A stretch of DNA of 64,000 nt, from IMG/VR virus record IMGVR_UViG_3300048561_000027, positions 146 through 64,145 of that record; one strand, 5' to 3'. The DNA is from a virus (Duplodnaviria; Caudoviricetes). Shown here piece after piece: positions 27,512 through 36,979 of the stretch. Both the position numbers and the translations under genes were made by a program. The first letter of the stretch is position 1, and every line of letters begins with the position of its first letter. The notes under the pieces were generated by a model. The model ran no database searches. It was not told the origin of the DNA and worked only from the letters and a program-made list of their open reading frames with translations.

Positions 27512-29131
27512 TTACACCGCAAAGGGGTAGTTTATTTTTTCATGATGGCGGTAACTGTATATCTCAAAGTCGTCTGTAGTTACCCAGGTTTCCAAATCTT
27601 TAAGAGTCCTTATGTCTGGATTAATGCAAAGTTTTGGAAGCTCATAGGGAATCCTACGCAGTTGCTCCTTCATCATCGCAATTTGATTTTCATAAATATG
27701 AATGTCGTGCATGAAGTGGGTGAAAATTCCCGGTTTTAAACCCGTTATATGAGAGATTACGGATAACAGCCACGCATAACCGGCAATATTGAAGGGAACT
27801 CCTAATGGTAGATCGCAAGAACGTTGATACATGGACAGGTTTAAATACTCACCCTCAATTCCGAACTGTAGAAGTACGTGACAACAAGGCAAAGCTTGTT
27901 GGTCTAATTCAGTGGGGTGCCACCCGGTTATAATTAATCTTCGATCATCCCTACGTAATAAAAGTTTTGCTACTACAAGTTTTAGTTGATCTTCTTCTGT
28001 ATAATAAAATTCTATTTGGGAAGGTTTAAAAGTCCAACCTTTGTGTGTTTTACAAGTACCATTAACACAATGTTTTACCATATCCGCAGACAAACCATGC
28101 TCCTGTGCAAAAACTTTACTTCCACGACCACAATATTCTTTACCATCGGGGGATATCCCAATAAAAGATTGACACTGTTTAGAATTTACCGCTTGTTCAA
28201 TTTTAGATGCCCATCTACAAGTAGTTACATCATAAACATTAGCCAGAGTAATATCTTTATCTAAACTGAATTCATGCGGAAAACACTCTTTTAGTTCCCA
28301 TCTGGGAATTTTTTTATAGTCATTAACAAAATTTTCAAACACTAACCATTTATCAGATACTTTAATTCCACAATCTTTATACCATTTATTATTATCTCTA
28401 TTTTTTCCATAACATCTATGGATCATGTCATGCCAAGTTTCATATAATTTATCTACATCCTTTTTCTCTACCATTCCACGGCAGGCAACATTACAAATGT
28501 TGGGAGCATAAGGATCTTTTATAAAACCATGACATAATTGACTTTTCTGAACACCCTCTTTAATGTATAATGTTTTAAGGAATTGAATATTAAATAAAAG
28601 ATGTTTTCCAATTTCCGGTCTATATTCTTTATAAACTACATAAGGTTCATCAGATTGGGTTTGAAAAATTTTACCCACGAATCCACTTTTATTTTGTGTT
28701 AAATCAATCTCTTGTTTTTTATATATTATAGGTAATTCTGGTATACCAGATATCGAAGGTAAAACATCTAAACTTTTTCGTTCCTGCCAATTTCTCCATT
28801 TTCTCCACCGAACTCCATAAATCCTTCCTAAATCATCCTCACCCTTCCGATTTGGATTTAAAAACCATTGCTGATTTTCATTGGCATTTTGGTCCCAGAT
28901 TTTACACCCCAATGATCTAAACTGACTAGCGTTATCATAGCCCCGCAAAAATCCCAGCATTTCAGCAAAGCAGGTCCGCCACGCCATTTGTTTAGTCGTA
29001 ACCAAAGGGAATCCATCGCGTAGGTCAAATTTCATCATATCGCCGTGATAACCTATATGATCAATCCCGGTACGATTGGATTTTTTTGTACCCACCAAAG
29101 CTTTCTTACAAATTTCCTGATATTGTTTCAT
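27512..29131 (-). CDS. thyA: Thymidylate synthase with in-frame HNH-endonuclease-like insertion
   Basis: FPLVTTK, LGRIYG.RWR, LPCCH, YQRSCDLPLGVPFN, DIHIY; about 268-aa segment (27992-28795) between WRKW and DQL. Confidence 0.95.
   Translation of the reverse strand: MKQYQEICKKALVGTKKSNRTGIDHIGYHGDMMKFDLRDGFPLVTTKQMAWRTCFAEMLGFLRGYDNASQFRSLGCKIWDQNANENQQWFLNPNRKGEDDLGRIYGVRWRKWRNWQERKSLDVLPSISGIPELPIIYKKQEIDLTQNKSGFVGKIFQTQSDEPYVVYKEYRPEIGKHLLFNIQFLKTLYIKEGVQKSQLCHGFIKDPYAPNICNVACRGMVEKKDVDKLYETWHDMIHRCYGKNRDNNKWYKDCGIKVSDKWLVFENFVNDYKKIPRWELKECFPHEFSLDKDITLANVYDVTTCRWASKIEQAVNSKQCQSFIGISPDGKEYCGRGSKVFAQEHGLSADMVKHCVNGTCKTHKGWTFKPSQIEFYYTEEDQLKLVVAKLLLRRDDRRLIITGWHPTELDQQALPCCHVLLQFGIEGEYLNLSMYQRSCDLPLGVPFNIAGYAWLLSVISHITGLKPGIFTHFMHDIHIYENQIAMMKEQLRRIPYELPKLCINPDIRTLKDLETWVTTDDFEIYSYRHHEKINYPFAV
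27992..28795 (-). mobile_element. In-frame HNH (AP2/NUMOD-associated type) endonuclease-like domain inside thyA; no intein termini
   Basis: TWHDMIHRCY, Y...GIKVSDKW..FENF, SLDKD, CRWAS..EQAVN, HKGWTF; boundaries approximate. Confidence 0.75.
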
Positions 29132-29645
29132 ATTCTATAGGGTTCTCCGTTAAAGACTTCGAACGTTGTAATAACAAATTAATTGTATATTTTAAATTCC
29201 AAATTCGCAATGCTCCGAGTCTGGCTAGTTGATATCTTTCTTGGTCAGTAACTTTATACTTACCAATAACTGTGGCTTCTCTAAATTTATTTACCTTACC
29301 TTTAGGATTTACTATTAAAATTCCCGCACGTTCTGGTATGTGATCAATTTCGGACTGTAAATAATCGGGTATGGCAAAATAAAGCCTGCTTATTTTTTCA
29401 TGTTTGTGTTGATGAGGTTTCTTTTCATCATTACGTAAATCGTATTTGTTAACTTTAATTTCGATTTCCCACAAGCGTCCAGCTTTTGTCACTACCAACA
29501 AATCACATTCATGAATTCCAAAGCCATGATGTACGTTTGGTACGATCAAATTCTGCCGTATGTTTAAATAATTCGCTAATGCAACTTCGGCTTCTTGTGT
29601 GCGCATTGTTTTACCCGAAAGCATCATTAGCAATAAATTGAACAC
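29106..29645 (-). CDS. PD-(D/E)XK nuclease, MmcB-like
   Basis: ECDLLVV...EIEIKV...D. Confidence 0.7.
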   Translation of the reverse strand: MFNLLLMMLSGKTMRTQEAEVALANYLNIRQNLIVPNVHHGFGIHECDLLVVTKAGRLWEIEIKVNKYDLRNDEKKPHQHKHEKISRLYFAIPDYLQSEIDHIPERAGILIVNPKGKVNKFREATVIGKYKVTDQERYQLARLGALRIWNLKYTINLLLQRSKSLTENPIEYETISGNL

Positions 29646-29845
29646 TTAGGACACGGACAGGAAATGTTGTGAACACAAATCGATCCATCACGTCTTACAC
29701 CTGTTCCAACACATTCTGAACATCCATCGTGTAAGCAAGGCCGCCAAGGGTGGTTTTGTATTCCATCCAGATGTTCGTTTTGTCTACGTTTTAAATCTTG
29801 CTCGTATTGCTTACGATTTAATTCATATTCGCGAGGATTTTCCAT
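29627..29845 (-). CDS. Small Cys-rich protein
   Basis: CLHDGCSEC...CVH..SCPCPKC. Confidence 0.65.
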   Translation of the reverse strand: MENPREYELNRKQYEQDLKRRQNEHLDGIQNHPWRPCLHDGCSECVGTGVRRDGSICVHNISCPCPKCSIYC

Positions 29846-29864
29846 TTTATTTTACCAATGTGTT

Positions 29865-30395
29865 TTATTTAAATTCGTTAATTAGTTTGTGATAGATTAC
29901 AAATGTATTATAGGCGTCATCCTCAGCATTATGCTTGGTTCCTTTAAAAGTCAAGCCAAGTTTAGTCATGGCTTTGGCAAGTCCGGCTTGTGTTGGTAAC
30001 TTTTTCATTATTTGTCTGGAAATAAATAAAGTCTTAGCATCAATCCAACGACGACCAAATATAAATTGATCTTCGTCCAAATGCAGCGCATGTCGTAAAT
30101 CTTCACTGTCTCCACCACCCCACGTTACGGGGTTTCTAAAACAAAAACATTCTTTATGTAGTATGCACAGGTTTTGATAGACCTCTTGTAGTGAAAGTCC
30201 GTGTTGATCAAGATCATAATTAGATATTCCTGTTAATTTCTCAATAAACGGTGTAATGGGCTCACAGGTATGAACAAGCCAACTGGATTTTTTAAACACT
30301 GCTCCACTATTAATATTGCCAATAACAACGCCAATTTGAATAATAGATTTACTTGGTTGATTATACTCCATGTCTAAAGCCATTAAATTTGTCAC
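29865..30395 (-). CDS. DEDDh 3'-5' exonuclease
   Basis: LDMEY, IIQIG, TWGGGD, WIDAK, HNAEDDA. Confidence 0.88.
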   Translation of the reverse strand: MTNLMALDMEYNQPSKSIIQIGVVIGNINSGAVFKKSSWLVHTCEPITPFIEKLTGISNYDLDQHGLSLQEVYQNLCILHKECFCFRNPVTWGGGDSEDLRHALHLDEDQFIFGRRWIDAKTLFISRQIMKKLPTQAGLAKAMTKLGLTFKGTKHNAEDDAYNTFVIYHKLINEFK

Positions 30396-30399
30396 GTCA

Positions 30400-31632
30400 T
30401 TATCCTTTTATGTTTATTATTTGATGTAAGGTATGTTTAATACTTACCAAATCAGACTGATTTTCCATTACTTCATCAATGTTTTTATATGCTCCGGGAA
30501 TTTCATCTAAAACATGATCTTCTTTACAACACTCTATTCCTTGAGTTTGTTGTTTAAGATCCTCTACCGAAAACATCTTTCTAGCCTTAGTACGACTCAT
30601 TTTACGCCCCGCTCCATGTGAACATGACATAAAAGAATCCGGATTCCCCTTACCTTGTACAATATAAGTACGAGCCCCCATAGAGCCTGGAATAATTCCC
30701 AAATCCCCTTCTCTGGCGCGTATTGCGCCCTTTCTAGTCACCCAAACATTTTGTTTAAAATGATTTTCTAAGGCCAAGTAATTATGTTGGCAATCAATAG
30801 TCTCTAAAGTTTTCACTCTGTAATTTAAACAATCCTCAAATGCTACTCTAACAGCCCATAACATTATATCCCTGTTTGCGCGAGCATACGTTTGCGCCCA
30901 CATTACGGCATTGATGTAATTTGTAAAGTGTGAGGATTTATCTGGCAAAAAGGCCAGATTTCGATCTGACAGTTTTATAAACCAATTGTCCATTTCTTGT
31001 TTTGCCAAATCAATGAAAAAAGCGCCGATTCTATTCCCAATTCCCCGACTACCAGAATGCACGACACACCAAACTTGGTTGTTTTCGTCAAGGCAGACTT
31101 CAATAAAATGATTTCCTGTCCCAAGAGTTCCCAAATGTTCCCAAGTAGCTTGTTTTGTCGAAAATAATTTTGAGTAAACATTTGTTAAATGATTAAAATT
31201 TGGAGTTTCTAACTCATGCCATGCCCTGCTAACGATTAAATCGAAGGATACCTTACTTAATTTTTCTTGCGTCCAGCGTCCACAATCACTTGCTCCGCCA
31301 TTATCGGATCGACCATGCGGTACATAGTATTCTATACTGGTACGTAATTGAGAAAGATTCGGCAATTGATCAGCGGTAAGATCGAGCTTAATTGCTTGCA
31401 TACCACAGCCCAAATCAACCCCAACCGCTGCTGGGATAACCGCGTGTTGTGTGGGAATTACCGATCCAATAGTAGCCCCGGCTCCCGCATGTACGTCGGG
31501 CATACACGCAATGTGTTTATAAACAAAAGGCAATTCCGCACAGTTTTTTAGTTGCTGAACGGCCTCTTCCTCAATGTCTTCTGTCCAAATTTTAATGGGA
31601 CATTTCGCATCTATTACTGTTTTAATCGACAT
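30400..31632 (-). CDS. rtcB: RNA-splicing/repair ligase RtcB
   Basis: MPDVHAG, VGVDLGCG, LGTGNHF, HSGSRG, HNY, RKGA, SHGAGR, DEIPGAYK. Confidence 0.97.
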   Translation of the reverse strand: MSIKTVIDAKCPIKIWTEDIEEEAVQQLKNCAELPFVYKHIACMPDVHAGAGATIGSVIPTQHAVIPAAVGVDLGCGMQAIKLDLTADQLPNLSQLRTSIEYYVPHGRSDNGGASDCGRWTQEKLSKVSFDLIVSRAWHELETPNFNHLTNVYSKLFSTKQATWEHLGTLGTGNHFIEVCLDENNQVWCVVHSGSRGIGNRIGAFFIDLAKQEMDNWFIKLSDRNLAFLPDKSSHFTNYINAVMWAQTYARANRDIMLWAVRVAFEDCLNYRVKTLETIDCQHNYLALENHFKQNVWVTRKGAIRAREGDLGIIPGSMGARTYIVQGKGNPDSFMSCSHGAGRKMSRTKARKMFSVEDLKQQTQGIECCKEDHVLDEIPGAYKNIDEVMENQSDLVSIKHTLHQIINIKG

Positions 31633-31836
31633 ACTGATGTCTCCTGTTCTTAATCTTTTTAATGCACGAAGTTAAAAGTGTGATCATCAAGGTTAAAAAT
31701 GTAACTGTAGTACAAGCTTCACACATTAGTTATTTTCTCCGGTTAGTAACTATGGCCCCATTAACCTAAATTAATGGGGACGGGGCTGTACAGATCACTT
31801 ACAGGACTCACATTAGTCCATCCCTTCGCATAGTAG

Positions 31837-32646
31837 TTACACGTTAAAACAAGCGTTCAAGTTAAATTTGACATCCTCACCACAACGGGCATACCCACGC
31901 GCATTGCAGTAAAGATTGGTTTCGCCAATTTTATAAGTATGGGTGTCATGGATGTGCCCGTAAACCCACGCTTTAATATTTGGGTGTCGCGTAATTACGG
32001 CATCATAATTGGACGCAAATCCAGCATTTAATTTGTCTCCACGAAACCCGGAATTATCATAAGCTCGCATACTTGGAGAATGGTGTGTGATCACCACCAC
32101 TTTTTTATCTTTATACTTGTCACAAGTGTCAAAAATATAATCTCGTGCTTGCTCATGCTGATGTAAAACAAACTCTGGAGTAATTTTAATTTGTTTGTCC
32201 GAGAGTCCGGGGATTGTTTTATACGTGATATAGTTATAATCGTTCAGTCCTAGCTGTACATTCAACATCGCGACTGGATTTTTTCCTTGGAAATCAGTCC
32301 AAAACGTAGACCCGATAAACACAACATCTTCGTGAATAAAAGATGAATTGTCTAATACAATTACATTAGTTTGATTGAAGAATTTTTTTACTTGTCTGAT
32401 GGTCTCATAATACTCATTACGATAAAACTCGTGATTGCCTAGCACATAAAATACATACGTGTACTTACAGGCTTGTTTTAGTAACCAGTCTAAACCCTCT
32501 GGGTATTCGGCAAGATCCCCTGCTAAAATTAACACATCGGCGTTTTCTGTGTTATCTAAATCCGACATGGCAGTAATGTCTACATGCAAATCCGATATAT
32601 AATTAATTTTCAACGTAGTTTCTCCAGTATCGATCACAATATTCAA
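31837..32646 (-). CDS. Calcineurin-like metallophosphoesterase
   Basis: SDLH, AGD, GNHEFY, THH, GHIH; start uncertain. Confidence 0.92.
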   Translation of the reverse strand: MNIVIDTGETTLKINYISDLHVDITAMSDLDNTENADVLILAGDLAEYPEGLDWLLKQACKYTYVFYVLGNHEFYRNEYYETIRQVKKFFNQTNVIVLDNSSFIHEDVVFIGSTFWTDFQGKNPVAMLNVQLGLNDYNYITYKTIPGLSDKQIKITPEFVLHQHEQARDYIFDTCDKYKDKKVVVITHHSPSMRAYDNSGFRGDKLNAGFASNYDAVITRHPNIKAWVYGHIHDTHTYKIGETNLYCNARGYARCGEDVKFNLNACFNV

Positions 32647-33148
32647 TTACGGCTTCTTCAATGTGATCTTGATATTTATCTATACACTTCTGTTTTGCTA
32701 AATAGGGGCGTTCAAAATCTACAATTGTGTTTTCTTTAAAAAAACCACACGACCCTAATATTAAAACTAAAAATAATAATATGGCACATACTCCGACCAG
32801 CAAAAAATAAAACAATTCATATAAACTTTTCATTTTATTTCCGTTAAATAGTTATATTGTATTCCCCATCACCATAGCTTTTATAAACTCCACGGCGGTT
32901 GGGTCTAAGAATTGAGGATTCAATTTAACCTTACGCATTATTTTACCATCCTCAATAACTACTAATTTATGTTCGCACATTTTCTCCAATATTTGCCGAG
33001 TTTCGGTTTCGCTAATATCCTTTCCCCCATTATTCATTATTCGCATCCTAACTTCAAGGATTATTCTATGAAGATTAGTTGGCAATTCCGGGATTATCGC
33101 TAACACATAACATAGTAAAAAAGACTTTTGTTGTTGATTTAATTGCAC
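32603..33148 (-). CDS. Two hypothetical proteins (32603-32833 membrane-anchored; 32852-33148)
   Basis: ORFs. Confidence 0.55.
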
Positions 33149-33151
33149 TAT

Positions 33152-34786
33152 TTACTCCTTAGCATTATACATTAATCGTGATCGTATCTTATAAAAACTA
33201 TCATCTACTAATAATTTTCCGTCTACAAACACTGATTTTAATTCCCCGAAAACCTCGGTACTTCGTGAAACTCGATCTATCATTACCAATTGATTTTTCA
33301 GTCCTTTTTCAACATATAACAACCCTCTCGCGGAAATTTTAGTTCCGTCATCTGTTATTGGAGCTTTAAAGATTTCCCGCTCTGCCCCCTTAACTACTCC
33401 ATAAGTTGACTTTATTGCCATACCATGTCCGTCCCTAGTTTGATATTGATACGTGTAACTGCCAATTCCAAACACCACATTGTTAGAAGCAAAGCCTTTT
33501 TCTTTCAGTCGTTTTAGGATTAACTCGGCACGTTCCAGAGTTATAGAATCCCCATAAATAAGCCCGACATGGCTGTCTAATACTTTGTATCTCTCTACAG
33601 AATTATCTTTATGTCTAACAGCGTAAGTTCCGCCAAAAATATTCCATAAACACTGTACCGCCCCCGACACTTCAGCGGTAGACAATTCTTTTCCTGTTTG
33701 TAAACAAAAATTTCTTCCATCCTCTGATGTATAAGCTTCATACCCTTTATTTAGCCACTCAGATTTAGTAAACAAAGGTAAAAATTGAGATGGAACCAAC
33801 TTATATCCGGTAATTATTTTAACCGGATCCCCACTATCCGGCCTGAACACAACTCGGTCTATTTTATTTGGGTCTCCGGAATTCCTGGCTAAAATGTCAT
33901 TTTTAAGTTCAGCCGCATATTCAGTAATGACTTTCCAAAAATCCCATGTGTCAGAAACAATGCTGATTATTCCAGTCGGATATAATTTTGTAATGAGACG
34001 TTTGAACGTCTCAATTTCAGCTTCTTTTGTCCCCATACACATAACGGAATGTTCGGTCGCTGGTACGGAACACCCAATCAATTCTTTTTCCGCGTTTCCG
34101 TTGTAGTACGTTTCTACATAATCAATCGCTGGAATAGTGTCAGTTCCAACAAATGAAGTTAAATGGGCGGCTCCCGATGTGGCGGCATCAAAAACTCCCG
34201 ACATTCCACGAAATGAAAAATCGTGCCCTTGAAATACCACGCCTTCTTGTGGAACTCCGGTTTCATCGGCATATTTAGACAATATCTTTTTATACTGATA
34301 TGCCATTGTTGCGTTGGTAATGGGTTTCCACAACTCCGAACTTAACACTGTTTCCAAATAATTCGTAACCCAAAAAAAATCCGGGTGTGTTGAGGCAATG
34401 GTTAGCATCGGGACTCCGTGTGGCACAAGGGAGCCCTCTGGTAACGCTTTTATTTGTATGGGTAAATACTGTAAATCATGAAGAGCTTCAATGTGGTCAA
34501 CTGAAACCACATTGGGTCCGAGAGAAGTATCCATTCTACGTTTATAGGCGGCTACAACAACGTCTTTTGGTTTATTAAAAAACTCGTTGTTCCAACAATC
34601 AATTAAAAACCACTTAATAAATCCCTGTAGTCCAAAAAATACCACACGATGATCGCTATCGGCAAATTTGGCATATTTATCAGACCTCGCAGTTAGGTTT
34701 GAATACACCATAGAAGTGCCTTCTGGATATTGAAAAATATGTCCAGTTTTGTAAAAATCTGTTGCCATCAAAGGATTGATTTTCAT
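33152..34786 (-). CDS. Nicotinamide phosphoribosyltransferase family (Nampt/Namat-like)
   Basis: TDFYKTGH, HDFSFRG, SVPATEHS, VSDTWD, RPDSGDP, IYGDSIT, FGIGS. Confidence 0.95.
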   Translation of the reverse strand: MKINPLMATDFYKTGHIFQYPEGTSMVYSNLTARSDKYAKFADSDHRVVFFGLQGFIKWFLIDCWNNEFFNKPKDVVVAAYKRRMDTSLGPNVVSVDHIEALHDLQYLPIQIKALPEGSLVPHGVPMLTIASTHPDFFWVTNYLETVLSSELWKPITNATMAYQYKKILSKYADETGVPQEGVVFQGHDFSFRGMSGVFDAATSGAAHLTSFVGTDTIPAIDYVETYYNGNAEKELIGCSVPATEHSVMCMGTKEAEIETFKRLITKLYPTGIISIVSDTWDFWKVITEYAAELKNDILARNSGDPNKIDRVVFRPDSGDPVKIITGYKLVPSQFLPLFTKSEWLNKGYEAYTSEDGRNFCLQTGKELSTAEVSGAVQCLWNIFGGTYAVRHKDNSVERYKVLDSHVGLIYGDSITLERAELILKRLKEKGFASNNVVFGIGSYTYQYQTRDGHGMAIKSTYGVVKGAEREIFKAPITDDGTKISARGLLYVEKGLKNQLVMIDRVSRSTEVFGELKSVFVDGKLLVDDSFYKIRSRLMYNAKE

Positions 34787-34799
34787 AATTGTATCTCTG

Positions 34800-35660
34800 T
34801 TATATCCAGGTTAATGTAGTTAATTTATGAATATACTTTTCATTGTACATTCCAAATTCTTTAGCAGTGTCAGTTTTGTCCCCGAGTGAATCAGTAGTGT
34901 AGATGTTTCCAAAATTAGAAAATACTTTCAAGCCTTTACTAAAGATTCCATGTGTTACATATAAATCGATTGTGACTGGCTTTAAAGTCCGCAATAGTTT
35001 TTCTAATTCAATAAAAGTTCTTCCACCATCACAAATATCATCAACGATTAAAAAAGACTTGTTTGGAGGTATCTCGGAATAATCAAAATCCAAACTGCTT
35101 GTTATTTTGCCAGTTTTTTGGTCTCGTGTTTTTGAAGCAAAAACTACGGGTTTTTTTAAGGTGTTTGCAACATCTATAGTTTTATTTCGGGCTCCGTGAT
35201 CTGGACAAACTATATAATCATAGTTAGTAAATAAATGTTCGTGTTTACCGATGACATTTACTTGGGGTATTTCACTTACATTGTTCAATAAATCTAACGT
35301 AGCTTTGCTATGTACATCACAAACTATGACTAAATCAAAATTTAATGAGTTAATCAAATCGGCGAACACTTTAATAGAACAAGCCTCACCTTCATGACAA
35401 ACTCGATCTTGTCTAGCATATGGTACGTAAGCTAGTTTTAACACACAATGTCTTGGTTTAATTAATAAATTCTCTAAGGCGTTTTTACTTAAAAGAAGAG
35501 CTAACAAATCATCGCTGTTGTTTATAATAGTGTTAAAAATAAATGTCCCAGTTGTGGTATTTTTTAAATACTTAACTGGAAGGGTTACATTTACTTCACC
35601 GCCTGGAAAGACAGTAACTTCTACCGGATGTTTGTTAATTGTTAACATAAACGCTCCCAA
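34800..35660 (-). CDS. Ribose-phosphate pyrophosphokinase family (Prs/Adps-like)
   Basis: FPGGE, YVPYARQDR, DVHS, PDHGA, IVDDICDGGRTF, LYVTHGIFS. Confidence 0.95.
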   Translation of the reverse strand: MGAFMLTINKHPVEVTVFPGGEVNVTLPVKYLKNTTTGTFIFNTIINNSDDLLALLLSKNALENLLIKPRHCVLKLAYVPYARQDRVCHEGEACSIKVFADLINSLNFDLVIVCDVHSKATLDLLNNVSEIPQVNVIGKHEHLFTNYDYIVCPDHGARNKTIDVANTLKKPVVFASKTRDQKTGKITSSLDFDYSEIPPNKSFLIVDDICDGGRTFIELEKLLRTLKPVTIDLYVTHGIFSKGLKVFSNFGNIYTTDSLGDKTDTAKEFGMYNEKYIHKLTTLTWI

Positions 35661-35667
35661 TAAACTA

Positions 35668-36270
35668 TTATAAAACAGTCAACCATTGATTAATGTTTAC
35701 AATTCCAGCCGTATCCCATACAAACCATGCGTATTCTGTAGCATCGGTTCCTGGACCTACTTTTCCTCCGCAAGAACACACTTTAGTTCCTACAGGATAT
35801 TTCTTTTTACATCCCTTAGTTTTACACTTCCAGACGAAGCATGGTCGTGTAGAAAGCACGAAAATATGATCGGGTGGGTAAGTACTCCAAAATTCACGAC
35901 GTTTCTGTGAAGCCAAGAAGTTAAGCCGGAGCAAATAAATCACCGTTTTGGCTTCTTTAAGACTTTTCTCCAAAAATTCCAAGGCTTTAGAAAACGGAGG
36001 ATTAGTTATAATCAAATCGACTTGTTTGAACTCGTGTGTAAAGTAATCCCGGCCTTCAGTAAGTTCGGCATATTCGGTCACACAAGTTTCCGGAAGTAAT
36101 GGCTTTATTAAGTCAATTATATTACCCTCTCCCTTACAAGGTTCGAGGAAAAACTTAATATCTGACAACTCCAAATAAGGCAACAAAGGTTCAAGGGTGG
36201 ACTTTGGAGTCTGATAGCTGTCATTTTCAACCCGCTTAATTTTATGACCGGTTCTACTCATTAATGTCAC
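35668..36270 (-). CDS. DNA amino-methyltransferase (N6-adenine type)
   Basis: FLEPCKGEG SAM motif and ITNPPF catalytic motif. Confidence 0.85.
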   Translation of the reverse strand: MTLMSRTGHKIKRVENDSYQTPKSTLEPLLPYLELSDIKFFLEPCKGEGNIIDLIKPLLPETCVTEYAELTEGRDYFTHEFKQVDLIITNPPFSKALEFLEKSLKEAKTVIYLLRLNFLASQKRREFWSTYPPDHIFVLSTRPCFVWKCKTKGCKKKYPVGTKVCSCGGKVGPGTDATEYAWFVWDTAGIVNINQWLTVL

Positions 36271-36288
36271 CTTAAATTATATAATTAA

Positions 36289-36498
36289 TTATTTACAATT
36301 GTTGGAACCGATACTATTCCAGCGTAGGAATCTGGCCCCCTCTAATAAAGCATCGTGTATTTGATCTATCCCATATGGGGGGTATATCTGAATTGCATAA
36401 TGTTGATTATTACTTAAGTCTATTCTTAATTCCAATCCTGTGTTTATACCGTCATAAAATTTAATTTTGTTCAACCAAATGTTATCTAGTGTGTTCAT
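36289..36498 (-). CDS. Hypothetical protein
   Basis: ORF with TAGG RBS. Confidence 0.5.
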   Translation of the reverse strand: MNTLDNIWLNKIKFYDGINTGLELRIDLSNNQHYAIQIYPPYGIDQIHDALLEGARFLRWNSIGSNNCK

Positions 36499-36516
36499 AA
36501 AATTATCCTATGTAAT

Positions 36517-36592
36517 TGGTGCCGGACCTTCGACTTGAACGAAGAACCCGGAGTTTACAAAACTCCCGCTCTGCCAATTGAGCTAATCCGGC
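36517..36592 (-). tRNA. trnT: tRNA-Thr (UGU)
   Basis: GCCGGAT acceptor, GGAGT-TTTGTAA-ACTCC anticodon arm, TTCAAGT T loop, ACCA end; 76 nt. Confidence 0.95.
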
Positions 36593-36650
36593 TGCTAAAA
36601 TCACTTAATAAAGTGATTTTGTAACTCCTTCCACTCATGGTGGATCAAGC

Positions 36651-36728
36651 TGGTCTGAGAGGTAGGATTTGAACCTACGACCTCTTCCTTCCAAGGGAAG
36701 TAATCTACCCTGACTGATATACTCTCAG
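36651..36728 (-). tRNA. trnP: tRNA-Pro (UGG)
   Basis: CTGAGAG/CTCTCAG acceptor, CTTCC-CTTGGAA-GGAAG anticodon arm, GTAGG-TTCAAAT-CCTAC T arm, ACCA end. Confidence 0.95.
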
Positions 36729-36946
36729 AATTGACCCCGTTTACCAGACTTCGGGGACGGTGCTACCCCACTGCCGTAGGATTTTCACACTAAATACGTG
36801 TGCCGTCGGATTAAGCCGTATATACATTTAGGCTCCCACTGGTTTGTTATCGTTGACTATGCCTAGTCTTAGGTTAAATACTAGCACTATTTAACCAATA
36901 ACGTTCCAGCGCCGTGATATCCTGGTCGTATATAAGAACCGAGCCC
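36729..36946 (-). ncRNA. tmRNA-like RNA (compact; 3' tRNA-like end apparently missing)
   Basis: 5' GGG..CGAC, long-range helices, H-type pseudoknot, then AUAGUC-AAC GAT AAC AAA CCA GTG GGA GCC TAA; sigma70-like promoter at 36979-36951. Confidence 0.45.
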
Positions 36947-36979
36947 ATACATTAAAACGTTTTTACCTGATAAAGTCAA

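Noticed and set aside
27992-28795. Intein or group I intron in thyA
   Set aside because: No Cys/Ser start, no terminal HN, no recognisable intron core and no stop codon; kept instead as an in-frame domain insertion
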